Positions 1 through 10,451 are shown, counted from the stretch's first letter. The stretch is DNA of 64,000 bases from an uncultured Chloroflexia bacterium (GCA_963712745.1 CAVQJC010000020.1:416001-480000); one strand, 5' to 3'. Notes: generated by a model not told the origin, from the letters alone. Translations and numbers: made by a program.

Positions 1-814
1 CCGCCAGCGCGCGCAGGCCATCTTCCAGGATCCGTTCTCCAGCCTCAGCCCGTACATGCGCGTGGGCGAGCTGGTGGAGGAGCCGCTGGTCATCCATGGC
101 CCATCGGACCGCGCCCAGCGCGAGCGGCTGGTGATGGCAGCCCTCGAGCAGGTGAAGCTCCACCCGGCCGGCGAGTTCGCCGACAAGTACCCGCACACGC
201 TCTCCGGCGGCCAGCGGCAGCGCGTGAGCATCGCCCGTGCCATGGTGCTCGAGCCCGACTACCTCGTAGCCGATGAGCCCGTCTCGATGATCGACGCCTC
301 CAGCCGGGCGGAGATCCTGTACCTGCTCGCCGAGCTGCAGGAGGCCGCGAGCCTGACCTTCCTGTACATCACCCACGACCTGGCCAGCGCCCGACACTTC
401 GCCGACCGCATCGCGGTCATGTACGCCGGGCGCATCGTGGAGCTGGCCCCGGCCGGCGCGCTCATCGAGGACGCGAGACACCCCTACACCAGGGCCCTGC
501 TGGCAGCTGTGCCGGAGCCCGACCCCGCCAATCGCCTGCGGCAGCGACCGGTCGTCGGTGGCGAGCCGCCCGATGCCGGCGCGCTGCCACCCGGCTGTGC
601 CTTCGCGCCGCGCTGCCCGCTGGCTATCACCGGCACCTGCGAGCGGGTCGTGCCGCCGCTGATCGAGCTGGATGACGGGCACGAGGTGGCCTGCCACCTC
701 TACCCCTCGGCGAAGGCCGGCGCCGTGGATGAAGCGGCGTCGGTGGCCACCGGCTCAGCCGGTTCCAGCACCTCGAGCGCGGCCTCGATGAAGGGATCCT
801 CCGACTCCGGGTAG
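1..814 (+). CDS. Oligopeptide/dipeptide ABC transporter ATP-binding subunit (5'-truncated by window)
   Basis: LSGGQRQR signature, Walker B LVADEP, H-loop YITHDL, and the C-terminal HPYT...GCAFAPRCP...VACH domain typical of OppD/OppF. Confidence 0.92.
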   Translation, partial: RQRAQAIFQDPFSSLSPYMRVGELVEEPLVIHGPSDRAQRERLVMAALEQVKLHPAGEFADKYPHTLSGGQRQRVSIARAMVLEPDYLVADEPVSMIDASSRAEILYLLAELQEAASLTFLYITHDLASARHFADRIAVMYAGRIVELAPAGALIEDARHPYTRALLAAVPEPDPANRLRQRPVVGGEPPDAGALPPGCAFAPRCPLAITGTCERVVPPLIELDDGHEVACHLYPSAKAGAVDEAASVATGSAGSSTSSAASMKGSSDSG

Positions 815-2067
815 GCCAGCCAGTCGGCCTCCACGGTCACGTCGGGCGTGACGCCCACGCCCTCCAGCGTCTCCCCAGAGGGCAGCTGGAAGCCGTACGC
901 GACGAGCTGCAGCAACGAGCCCTCGGGGAAGTCGACGGTGGTGGCGCCGTGGGTCTGGCCCGACGTCTGCGCGCCCACGATGGTGGCGCGACCCTGGTCC
1001 TGCAGGATGGCCGCCAGCTGCTCGGCATCGGCCTCCGTCTGCTCGTCCACGAGCACGACCAGCGGCACGTCCGCGTAATCGTCCGCGAGGTCATCGGGCT
1101 TGATGCTGATGGGCTCGTTGCCGACACGGGAGTGGTACTCGCCCACCTCACCCTCGACGAAGGTGCCGAGGGTCTCGATGACGACCGCGGGCGCCCCCTG
1201 GTTGGAGGCACGCAGGTCCAGGATCAGCCCGTCGAGCGGGTCACCGCGGCGGAGCTTGGTCAGTGCCTGCTCGATACCGTCGGCGGCTTCCTGGCCGGAC
1301 AGCGCGAGCACCTGCAGGTAGCCGACCGAGGGTGCGGCCTCGAGCCGTCGAGCCTCGGGCAGGATGAGTGGGTTGATGCGGCGACGCTCGAGCGTGACGT
1401 CGCGCGGCTCCTGGCCCGGTGAGACGACCGTGAGCGTGACGTCGGTGCCCTCAGGGCCGCGGATGTCTGCGATGCGGGCGCAGGAGTCACCCTCCACGCC
1501 GACGATGCTGTCGCGGGCACGGATGCCGGCGTCCTTGGCCGAACCGCCCTCGAAGACGTAGACGATGCGCAGCCCGGGGCTGTCCTCACCCGCCGCGCTG
1601 GTGTCGAGCAGCGCACCGATGCCGCCATAGGTGGGGTCGTAGGTGGCCGAGTCGCCGAGATCGTCGGGCGCGTAGAAGTTGGTGAAGGGATCTTCGAGCA
1701 GTCCCACCATCTCGCGCAGGAGTTCGTAGACCTCGTGCGCGTTGTCGGTGCCGATCACCAGCGGGGCGTACTCGTCACCGATGGCCTCCCAGTCGAGCCC
1801 GTTGGCCCCGGGGTCCACGTAGTAGTCGCGGATGCCTTCCCACACGCCGTTGAAGAGCTCGATGCGGAAGTCCTCGGGCAGCCACAGCGCGGAGTCGGTT
1901 ACGGGCTCGGCCGAGGCTTCGGGCTCGACGCATTCATCGGCAGGCGTGGTGCGTTGACTCGGGGCTGGGCTCTCGTCCTGCGCGGACACCACTGGGGTCG
2001 CCGCTATTAGCAGGACCAGGAGAGCCAGGAGGGTCAGCGGCAGGGAGCGGTTGGTCTGGAGATGCAT
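700..2067 (-). CDS. Secreted S41 (CtpA-like) peptidase homologue with PDZ domain, catalytic residues apparently lost
   Basis: Signal peptide; YGGIGA PDZ entry; LILDLR, PLVVLVD...ILQDQGRATIVG and GVTPDV motifs of S41 peptidases. Confidence 0.85.
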   Translation of the reverse strand: MHLQTNRSLPLTLLALLVLLIAATPVVSAQDESPAPSQRTTPADECVEPEASAEPVTDSALWLPEDFRIELFNGVWEGIRDYYVDPGANGLDWEAIGDEYAPLVIGTDNAHEVYELLREMVGLLEDPFTNFYAPDDLGDSATYDPTYGGIGALLDTSAAGEDSPGLRIVYVFEGGSAKDAGIRARDSIVGVEGDSCARIADIRGPEGTDVTLTVVSPGQEPRDVTLERRRINPLILPEARRLEAAPSVGYLQVLALSGQEAADGIEQALTKLRRGDPLDGLILDLRASNQGAPAVVIETLGTFVEGEVGEYHSRVGNEPISIKPDDLADDYADVPLVVLVDEQTEADAEQLAAILQDQGRATIVGAQTSGQTHGATTVDFPEGSLLQLVAYGFQLPSGETLEGVGVTPDVTVEADWLAYPESEDPFIEAALEVLEPAEPVATDAASSTAPAFAEG

Positions 2068-2211
2068 CGTTCCTCTCGCGGGCAGGATGGTGGTCCCTCC
2101 GCCGCGATGCTACCCCGAGTCGACCGGACCGTCCTGAACCCGCCTGACGTCCTGCGCGGATGCGACCGTTGGGGTCGGCGGGGCCTCGCATCCGGCGAGC
2201 GTCGCGGCCGT

Positions 2212-3811
2212 CTAGGGCAGGTTGCAGAGCTCCAGGCCGGTGCAGGCGGCATCAAGGCGCACCATGGCCACCTGGTCGGGCTGCGGGTAGACCTGGTTGA
2301 GCTTCGCGCCGCCACCATACTTCACGGTCCAGACGATGAGCTGACCAACCTCCCCGATCTGATCGGTGTTATCGCCGTTGATCTGGGCATTGTCGCTCGG
2401 CGCGTAGACCACGCCCGCGATGGCCAGGTTGCCGTTGCCGGGCAGGTTCAGCGTGTTGTTGCCGGTGGTGCACTTGGCGACGTCGAGCGGCGTCCGGTCA
2501 TCGAAGCAGGCCTCGTCGCGAGGGACGACGATGGTCAGGAGCAGGCCTTCGGTCGACGTCACCTCGTCTCCGGCCCAGTCGACGGCCGGCAGCGAGCGGC
2601 AGCTGTCCGCGCTGCAGGTCTCGTCACCCTGGTTGAGCCTGATCGCGACCGAGTTGTTGCCCGCGAAGTCGGCATCCTGTGGCACGACGAGCACGACCCC
2701 GTGGGCGTCTCGCACCAGGCCGCCCATGAGCGTGCCACCCACGTCCAGTCCGGCGCCCCCGAAGTAGTAGGCCCCAGGCAGGAGGTATGCCACCTCGGTG
2801 TTCTGCGAGACGTTGAACCCATGGTTGTCGTCGTACCAGCCGGGCAGGTAGCAGGTCACCTCAAGTCCCGGGTCCCCGAGGATGGACTGGTAGTCGGCCG
2901 GGAAGCCCTCCTCACCGGGTTCGGGACAGGCGCCCGGCCCGTTTCCGGGGACCGCGTCCCAACGCCCGTCCTCCTGGTCGTTGTAGACCGGAGCGCCATC
3001 GAAGCTGGGGACCATGTAGCCGGGATCCGGGATGAGCCGGCGAAGGAGCTTGCCCTCGGGAAGCCCGTTCAGCTGGTTCCATGGATCGGGGCTGATGTCA
3101 TCGAGGTGCTCGATGCGAAAGCCCGAGGCCAAGGTGATCGTGCCCCCGGAGTTGGTGAAGACGCTGGTGTTGGAGCCGACGTCACCCTTGGGCACGACGA
3201 CCCACGTATTGGTCCCGTCGATGCTCAGGTTCTCACGGTTCTGGTCGATGGAGTTCGGAAGTGGATGCGGTGGGCGCAGCGTCTGGATGGCGTACTTGCT
3301 GGCGAAGCTCAGTCCCGCCACCGCCGAGGCGTCGATCTGCCACTCAGGTCGGCCCGCGAGTGCAGCGAAGGTCAGACGATACGTGGGGTTCTTGATGGTG
3401 ACCTGCACCGAGCGACGCGGGTCGCAGTCGACGCAGCTGGGCGAGGGCGTCTCGATAGAGACCCGGAACGGCGTTCCGGGCAGTGGGCAGTCCTTGACGT
3501 CACCGCTGGCGGCACAGCCGCCGCCCAATGGCGTGCCGCTCGCGCCGAGCCGGTCGACGAGGACCTCCATGGCGTGGCTCCTGCGCTCGCATGCGGTCGT
3601 TGTCGCTGATGAGGCGGGACGTCGCCTGCTGGAGGTCCTGGCCGCCGGCCAGTGCCGCGGCCTCTGCCGTGGTGACGTAGTAGCGCTCCGCGGAGAGCGC
3701 ACCGGTCACGTCGACGGCCAGCGCCGCTACCAGCAGCAGCGCGCTCATGAGCAGCGCTGTGACAGGCAGGACCTGGCCCCGTTGGCTGCGGTCTACTGAA
3801 CGTTTGATCAT
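2212..3811 (-). CDS. TadG-like (Tad domain) large minor pilin/adhesin, one frameshift near 3580
   Basis: N-terminal RGQVLPVTALL...AVD...AEAAALAG prepilin-like Tad motif (ORF 3500-3811) continues in ORF 2212-3702 with Cys-rich, PGxY-repeat C-terminal region. Confidence 0.8.
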
Positions 3812-4344
3812 GTCGGTTCCGGCTCCATGCGGAATTCTGCAGTGGTCGAGATCCGCCCGTCCCCCGGCACCAGCGGGAAGAAGACCGGGATCTGGTGGTC
3901 GATGGAGACCTGCACCCAGGCTTCATCCTGGTTGGTCAGCGGCGGACAGGGCTTGCCGCTGTCTCGTTCCCAATTGACGGTCACCTTGTTCGTGGTGCCT
4001 GAACCACCGTTCGCCCACAGGTCGGCGGAGTAGCCGAAAAGCGTGGAGTTCGCAGCGATGGCGTTCGCGGTCTGGGTGACCGCGGCACTGTTGCCGTCAC
4101 AGAAGAGCTGGGTCGCTGCCCAGCGTCCGGTATCGCGTGCGACCTGCGTGAGCGTCTGCTGGGACCAGAAGACCAGCCCGAACTGGATGATGCCGGCGAT
4201 CACGAAGAGCAGCACGGGGATGACCAGAGCGAATTCGGTCAGTGCCTGGCCGCCTGGGCCACGACCCCGGTCGGTCTCCCGGGCACGACTCGTCTCGTCG
4301 GTCCCCCCTCTCTTGTGTGGCGTGCGCCACGGTGTCGAATGCAC
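3808..4344 (-). CDS. TadE-like minor pilin
   Basis: GQALTEFALVIPVLL...ARDTGRWA motif; stop overlaps the next start. Confidence 0.88.
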   Translation of the reverse strand: MHSTPWRTPHKRGGTDETSRARETDRGRGPGGQALTEFALVIPVLLFVIAGIIQFGLVFWSQQTLTQVARDTGRWAATQLFCDGNSAAVTQTANAIAANSTLFGYSADLWANGGSGTTNKVTVNWERDSGKPCPPLTNQDEAWVQVSIDHQIPVFFPLVPGDGRISTTAEFRMEPEPT

Positions 4345-4667
4345 GTTGGCTCCCTCCGGAGCGGTCCAAGACTGCGATGACAGGGCGGGCGACGGTGCGC
4401 CTCGGTCACGCGGGTCGCCATCGCTCCGTCGACACTAGGCACTGCCGGGCGTGCCCGCCATCGGCCCATAGGGGCCACCCCCCATGCCTTGATGGCCTAT
4501 CCGGCGCTGGCGACGTCGCCGGCTCGTCACACGCGCGCTGGGCCGCTGACCGACAATTGACGCGGCATCGCCCCTGGCGGGTGGTGGTCCGAACGGCCCT
4601 TGGCATCCGCCGAGGGCGCCGAATACGTTCGAAGCGCCGGAGGTACCGGCAGAAGGGAGTCTGGTCG

Positions 4668-5240
4668 GTGTTCGAAACCTCGGTCGCGGACACGGTCTTC
4701 CTGATATGCGCCCTGCTTGGCGGCGGCCTGCTGCTGATCACCGTCCTGCTCGATGACATCCTCGGCGGCCTTCTGGAAGCCTTCGACTTCGATCTGGGCG
4801 GCAGTTCGCTCATGCCCATCCTGCTGGCCTTCGTGGCCATGTTCGGCGTGGGCGGACTCTTCGGCACGCAAGTGCTCGACCTCAGCGCCGGGATGGCGTC
4901 GGTCGTCGGGGTCATCGCCGGCATCGGCGGAGGATTCCTGGCGTGGGCCATGTTCAGGTTCCTGTACAGCTCCGAGACGGGGCCGCCGTTCTCGCAGGAA
5001 GACCTCATCGGCCGTGACGCCTATGTTTCGGTGGCCATCCCTGGCACCGCCTGGGGGACCATCTCGATGGAGGTGGAGGGCACGACTCAGGAGTTTCGGG
5101 CGACAGCCTCGACCGACATCGCGCGGGGTCAGGTCGTGCGCATCTCCGGCGTGGCCGGCAATGGGCTGATCGTGGAGCCAGCGGCCGCGTCCGCTCCTGC
5201 GGAAGCCCCCTCTGATGAGACCGAAGAAGAAGCCCGATAA
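4668..5240 (+). CDS. NfeD-like membrane protein (OB-fold partner of SPFH proteins)
   Basis: GTG start after AAGGGAG SD; three hydrophobic helices, then LIGRDAYVSVAIP...G.V.V...LIVEP; adjacent to flotillin. Confidence 0.8.
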   Translation: MFETSVADTVFLICALLGGGLLLITVLLDDILGGLLEAFDFDLGGSSLMPILLAFVAMFGVGGLFGTQVLDLSAGMASVVGVIAGIGGGFLAWAMFRFLYSSETGPPFSQEDLIGRDAYVSVAIPGTAWGTISMEVEGTTQEFRATASTDIARGQVVRISGVAGNGLIVEPAAASAPAEAPSDETEEEAR

Positions 5241-5303
5241 CGGGTCCATAGCTGCCGGGTCCTGACCAACGGGGCCCGCGCTCTCGCAGGAAAGGATGGA
5301 GTA

Positions 5304-6743
5304 ATGCCCAGTTTCGGATCCGAAGCTGTCTTCGCCTTCGCAGCCATCGTCGTGCTGGCGCTCATCGTGGCCTACGCCTCGACGCGCTACAAGGTGGCCG
5401 GTGCCAACGAGGCGCTCGTCCGATCTGGTCGCCGCGGGCAGGACGAGGACCTCAAGGTCGTGCGCGGCGGCAGCATCATCGTGTTGCCACTGTTCCACGA
5501 GCTCGGCGTTCTCAAGCTGGACGCTCGGCAGATCAACGTGGCCTTGAGCGACGCCGTCACCAGCCAGGGCATCAAGGTCGCGCTCGAGGGCGTGGCCACC
5601 TTCAAGGTCGGCGCCGACGAGACGTCCATCCGCAACGCTGCCGAGCGGTTCCTGAAGACCGACATCCGCGAGGTCGACGACATCGTCAAGAACGTGCTCG
5701 AGGGTTCGCTTCGCTCGATCGTCGGTACGCTGACGGTCGAGGAGCTCAACCTCGACCGTCAGAAGTTCCAGCAGGCGGTCCAGTCGGCGGCCATCGGCGA
5801 CCTGGCCACGTCTGGCCTGGTCATCGACAGTTTCACCATCCAGGCCATCGGTGGCGAGGCACTCGCGTACATGGAGCTCATCGGCCGCCAGGAGTTGGCG
5901 CGCCGCGAGCGCGACGCGCGCATGGCGCAGGCTGATGCGGACCAGGAGGCCCGGGTCCGAGAGGCAGAAGCCGAACAGATCAAGCTCAACGCCGAGCGCG
6001 GCGTGCAGCTGCGTGAAGCCGACGTCAAGCAGGAGACCGACTCCGCGCGGGCCCGCGCCGGTCAGGCCGGCCCGCTGGCGGAGGCCAAGGCTACCCAGGA
6101 GGTGGTCCAGGAGCAGACCAAGCTGGCCGAGCTAGCTGCTGATCGAAAGGCCAAGGAACTGCTGGCAAGCACGGTCAGGCCGGCCGAGGCCGACGCTGAG
6201 GCAGTGGTCAAGCGCGCCGAAGGTGACCGCGCCGCTGCCATCGCCGCCGCCCAGGCCGAGGCTGAGAAGGTCAGGCTGCACGGCGAAGCGGAGGCCACCA
6301 TCATCCACAAGACCGGCGAGGCCGAGGCGGCCGCACTCGAGATGCGAGCCGAGGCCTACCGCCACTTCAACGACGCGGCCATCCTGGCCACCATCCTGCG
6401 CGACCTGCCCAAGGTCGTCGCCGCCGCGGCCGAGCCCATCGGCAACATCGACAACCTGACGGTGCTCTCCACGGACGGTGCCTCGGAGATCGTCAGGACC
6501 GCCACCAGCAACCTGACCCAGACGGGAGCCGCCATCAAGGGGCTCACCGGCATCGACGTGGCCCAGGTCTTCGGCAACGCCCTCGACAACGCCAACCTCA
6601 CCGGATCAGACCAGGAGCGCGCCATCCGGGCGCGGACGGAGCCCGACACCAAGGCCGAGGTCGACGTGACTGTCACCACCGACCCGGTTGCCGACGCGGC
6701 AGAGGCGGTGACGCCCCCGGAGGACAAGCCCAAGAAGGCGTAG
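5304..6743 (+). CDS. SPFH/flotillin family protein
   Basis: N-terminal TM, YKVAGANEALV, IRNAAERFL, EGSLRSIVGTLTVEE, AEA-rich coiled coil. Confidence 0.93.
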   Translation: MPSFGSEAVFAFAAIVVLALIVAYASTRYKVAGANEALVRSGRRGQDEDLKVVRGGSIIVLPLFHELGVLKLDARQINVALSDAVTSQGIKVALEGVATFKVGADETSIRNAAERFLKTDIREVDDIVKNVLEGSLRSIVGTLTVEELNLDRQKFQQAVQSAAIGDLATSGLVIDSFTIQAIGGEALAYMELIGRQELARRERDARMAQADADQEARVREAEAEQIKLNAERGVQLREADVKQETDSARARAGQAGPLAEAKATQEVVQEQTKLAELAADRKAKELLASTVRPAEADAEAVVKRAEGDRAAAIAAAQAEAEKVRLHGEAEATIIHKTGEAEAAALEMRAEAYRHFNDAAILATILRDLPKVVAAAAEPIGNIDNLTVLSTDGASEIVRTATSNLTQTGAAIKGLTGIDVAQVFGNALDNANLTGSDQERAIRARTEPDTKAEVDVTVTTDPVADAAEAVTPPEDKPKKA

Positions 6744-6763
6744 CGCACCGTTCCAGGACGCCC

Positions 6764-6800
6764 GAACGGGCGCTCACCCCTGAGGTGGTCGCCCGTTCTT
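6764..6800. terminator. Hairpin between convergent genes (probable terminator)
   Basis: GAACGGGCG (6764-6772) / CGCCCGTTC (6790-6798) inverted repeat followed by TT. Confidence 0.55.
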
Positions 6801-6842
6801 CACGTCGTTGCCCACGGTCGGCTAGACGGAGCACTGGATTCC

Positions 6843-7140
6843 TCACGAACACTGCTCGACGCCGGTGCATGCCGCGTCGAGCCGCAGTAGCCCGACCTGC
6901 TCGAAGTTGGGGTAGTTCAAGTTCACTCCGAGCCACCGCTCCACTCTAGCGTCCACCCCACGATCTGGCCGTCGATCGCGTTCGAGTCACTGCCGCCCCG
7001 GACGCCAATCCCCTTGGTGGGCGCGTAGATCACACCTGATATACAAGGCGGAGTTGCCGGCGAGCTTGATGTCCGGTTCATTCTTGTCTTCATCTTTGCA
7101 CTCGATGGGGATCACGCCGTTCAGGAGAAGTTCCCGGGCG
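6843..7140 (-). pseudogene. C-terminal fragment of a TadG-like gene paralogous to 2212-3811
   Basis: Translates (with frameshifts) to IKLAGNSALYISGVIYAP...GQIVGWTLEW...LLRLDAACTGVEQCS*, matching LNLPGNGNLAIAGVVYAP...GQLIVWTVKY...VRLDAACTGLELCNLP*. Confidence 0.7.
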
Positions 7141-7149
7141 CGTCCTTCC

Positions 7150-7787
7150 CCTCCGAGAAGACGAAGACCGGCGGCGGGTCAGGAAAGTTGGCCTCACTCA
7201 GGTCGATGCCGGCGAGGTCCCGGTCGGGTCCCGGGTCGAAGGCGATCGGTAGCAGGATGCCCTGGCCGGGCTGCGCGACCCGGGCCGTGATGGCAGTGGC
7301 GTCAGCGGCGACGTCCCAGTCGTCCTGGCCGATCGACCCGCAGGAAGTACGCGGGTGGACGGCTGGTGATACTCACCTCCACGCCCTGCGCGGTCGCCGA
7401 AATCTCGCTCTGGGGAGTGACCGCCGCGACGAAGGCGGTGTCGTAGCCGGTCGTGGGCCGCACATAGTCGGCCGTCCACGAGCAAGGCACCTGGCCTGAG
7501 GGCGTGCAGCCGTTGTCGGCAACAGCTGCTTCGATGGCGTCGTGCACGTCCTTACCGGTGCCAGTGGTCCGGTCGGAGAGGTGGTGCTCAGCGATGATGT
7601 GGGTACCGGCCAAGGCGCCGAAGTCAGCGGCATTCTGCGCTTCTCGACGGTTCATGAAGACGATGCCGCCGTCGAGCACGAAACCGGCAGCGACAAGCAG
7701 CGCCACCAGGCCGCCCGCGAACAGGGCCAACGCTTGCCCCCGTTCGCGACGTCGCGGCTCGTCTGTAGTCGTATCCGGTGGTGCCAT
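7150..7787 (-). pseudogene. N-terminal part of a TadG-like gene (type of 11773-12867), frameshifted and truncated
   Basis: RGQALALFAGG...LDGG...RREAQNAADFGALAGT; after a frameshift, WDVAADATA...ILLPIAF. Confidence 0.75.
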
Positions 7788-7822
7788 CTTCCTGCCTACC
7801 TTCTGGAGCCTGTATGGGTGCA

Positions 7823-7955
7823 TCAGTGCATCGTCATCTTGGTGATCGACCGCAGGGTGATGGGGCCGATGATGTCGCCGATGATGGGCGTGATGGGCTG
7901 GACGTCCGCGCTCACATCCACGATGAGCAGGTCACCGCTCCCGCAGTTGCCCCCG
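7823..7955 (-). pseudogene. C-terminal fragment of a TadE-like gene
   Basis: CGSGDLLIVDVSADVQPITPIIGDIIGPITLRSITKMTMH*, similar to the TadE C-termini at 12878 and 10441; no N-terminus present. Confidence 0.65.
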
Positions 7956-8029
7956 CACCACCCATGTCGGCAGCTCGAAGTCGTGGTGGGACGCAGGGGC
8001 ACGTCGAGACTGAGGTATCGGCGCTCGGT

Positions 8030-8648
8030 TCAGGCGCATGACTTCGGCGCAGGTGATTCGCCGTCGAGCTCTTGGTCGCTCGGGATGTAGAGGGTGACCG
8101 CTCCCGGCGGCTGCATGCTTCGGTCACCGTGACCGAAGCGGAACAGTCGGTTCGACGTCCGGATCGAGGTCGGTCGCCAACTGTCGTCAGTCGAACTGTC
8201 GTCGAGACGTCGCTGAGTGAGGTCAGACCTTCGGCCTCGTCCCTGAGTGGAGCCTCCGCGCTGTCGGGCACGGTGCATTGCGGAGGCGCCTGGGTGGGCC
8301 ATGGAAACGGTGTTGCCGATGGGTCGGTGGCAGTGTTCATCACCCGGCTGGTCGCCGTCGCCTCGAGCGTCAATGAGCTCCCAAAGATGGGCGACAGGAT
8401 CGGCGTCAGGAAGTCGAACTGGTCGGCCACCACCACCTCGTACATGTCGCCGGTGGTGCAGTCTTCGACACTGCCCCTGGGAAAGCCACCCGAGTAGCAG
8501 GTGAACGTCGTGATCAGCCCGCCGATTCCTGCGCCCGCCTCGTTGCGAACGCGCCAATCGGCACTGTTCGTTCCGTCGCATCGGACACTGTCGCGCGCCG
8601 CAGTGTCGCATCGAGGGTTGTTGGCCGCGAAGACGGCGCCCTCCCGGC
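8030..8648 (-). pseudogene. TadE-like gene with C-terminal extension, missing its N-terminus, frameshifted
   Basis: Starts abruptly at REGAVFAANNP (TadE AAREGA motif); FDFLTPILSPIFG...LTLEATATS; PPQCTVPD like PPTCVVPD of 13463-14389. Confidence 0.65.
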
Positions 8649-8938
8649 TGGTTCGGGACGAGCCCGCCGTAGAGCTCACCGTCGACGTCCATGCCGCCCT
8701 CGAACTTGTAGACCCCGCTGGTGAGGTAGACCTTCATCGCCCCTGGTTGGAGACCTCGAACCGGTCGTTGTTCTTCTTTGCCTGGTACACGCCGGGGGCG
8801 TAGCAGACGACGTCGACAGGCACCGTGTCGAGGTCGGTGACGTCGGCCGGGCAGGCGATCTCGCCGTCAGCCTGGTCGGCGAACAAGGGAGCACCCACGA
8901 AGGATGGGCCAGGTGGCTGCGGATCGGTGATCTGGACG
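8645..8938 (-). pseudogene. Internal fragment of a TadG-like gene paralogous to 2212-3811
   Basis: ITDPQPPGPSFVGAPLFADQADG...VVCYAPGVY...VYLTSGVYKFEGGMDVDGELYGGLV aligns by eye with IPDPGYMVPSFDGAPVYNDQEDG...VTCYLPGWY...AYLLPGAYYFGGAGLDVGGTLMGGLV. Confidence 0.65.
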
Positions 8939-8987
8939 GATGGGACCCGCAGCGGGGCCGAGCGATGAGAACCGGTAGGCCGTGACC

Positions 8988-10451
8988 CTACTCCACGAGG
9001 CCGGCGGCGCGCAGCTTGAAGATGTAGTCGGTGTTCATGAGGGCCTCGATTGAACCCTCGTCGCCGTTGAGCGAGTAGTCGTAGGAGATGGCCTGGTCGA
9101 TCGTCATCTCGCTCTCGCTGGAGCTGCCGTTGATCGTGACAAGGCCCGTGGCCGAGTAGATGGTGCCGCGTGCGGCGAAGTCGGCAGAACCGCCGTTGAG
9201 CGTGATGGCGGTCGTCCGTGGCTTGCTCGGGCGGGGTGGTCCGGTCGTTGAAGAGGATGATGCCGTTGTAGACGGAATCGGGCGCTCATGTGGCGTCGAG
9301 GGGCAGGATCTCGAAGTTGGAGTCGCCGCCATTGAGCGCGATCGGTACCCACTTCTGGCTGGGGTGGTCCGTGTTGTAGAACATCACCCCACCGCGCGCG
9401 CTGTCGTCGGGGCCGAAAGCACCCCATTCATCGACGGTAAGCACGCTCGCATCGCCTCCTGCCGCCAGCCCGCCGCCGGCGATGTCGTAGATGCCGGGCA
9501 GCAGATGGAAAGTCGCGTCGTTGATGTCGAGGCCACCTGGATACAGGCCGGGTGACAGTTGCCAGGTGGTGCCCTCGTACTTCGCGTTCTGGAACGCACA
9601 CAGCTGCGGCTTCTCCCACGTGGGTGGCTTCTTCGAGGCGCCAGGGCAGCCGTCCGGGATGTCTTCGCTGGGGCCATCCACCTGCACCGGCGGGATCGGC
9701 CAGTGATGGTCGCTCGGGCGGGTCCAGCCAGGCGAGCGGATCGTCGAGGGGGAGCGCGCCCATGTTGTATTCGCACTCGATGGCACCGTCGTCCTCGTCG
9801 GGGATGATGCTGTTGGGCTTTGGGCCGACGACGTTGCAGGCATAGCCATTTGTGTCGACGTCGATGACCCGACTGTGCCGCCACCGCCAGATCGCAGGGC
9901 GCCTGCATCGCAGGTGGAGTTCACCTGGATGTCGCCGTAGGCCTCCACTCGGCCGGTGCCGGTCACCTTGAGCGCGTCACAGTCGGATGGGTTCAGCGAC
10001 AGCAGCGCAAAGTCGCCGCCGGCACCGTCGCCGTTGAGTGCCACCGCGCGAGCCCTCACGTTCCAGTTGGCGATGCCGGCCAGGCCGGCGAAGATGGACG
10101 GCCGGGTCGATGAGATCTGCACCTCGATGTAGCCGGGCCGCCGGGTGTTCGGCCCTGAGATCGGCGGGATGTATACCGCCACCGAAGCTGCGTCAACGCC
10201 GTCCGCAAACCCGTTCGCGGTAGCGATGTCGATGCGCCGCCGCGCGTGCGCTCATGCGTGCTCCGGTCGTGTTGCTGGTCAGGTACCGAGCCCCGGCGAG
10301 CGCGGCGGCGTCGGCCGCGTTCTGCTGGTCCCGTCGCTCCACGAAGCACAAGGCCTCCATCGAAGGCCAGCGCCGCAGCAAGCAGCACTGCCGTGATGCT
10401 CAGGGCGAAGACGGCGAGCGCCTGCCCGCGGGACGATCGGTCAGTGGTTGA
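8988..10451 (-). CDS. TadG-like large minor pilin/adhesin, several frameshifts
   Basis: RGQALAVFALSITAVLLAAALAFDGG, RRDQQNAADAAALAGA, RPSIFAG...VRARAVA, LSPGLYPGG, GTIYS...AAGLVE* spread over several ORFs. Confidence 0.72.

Noticed and set aside
700-814. 115-bp convergent overlap of the ABC ATPase and S41 genes
   Set aside because: The overlap encodes only low-complexity tails, consistent with ordinary stop-codon drift in GC-rich DNA.
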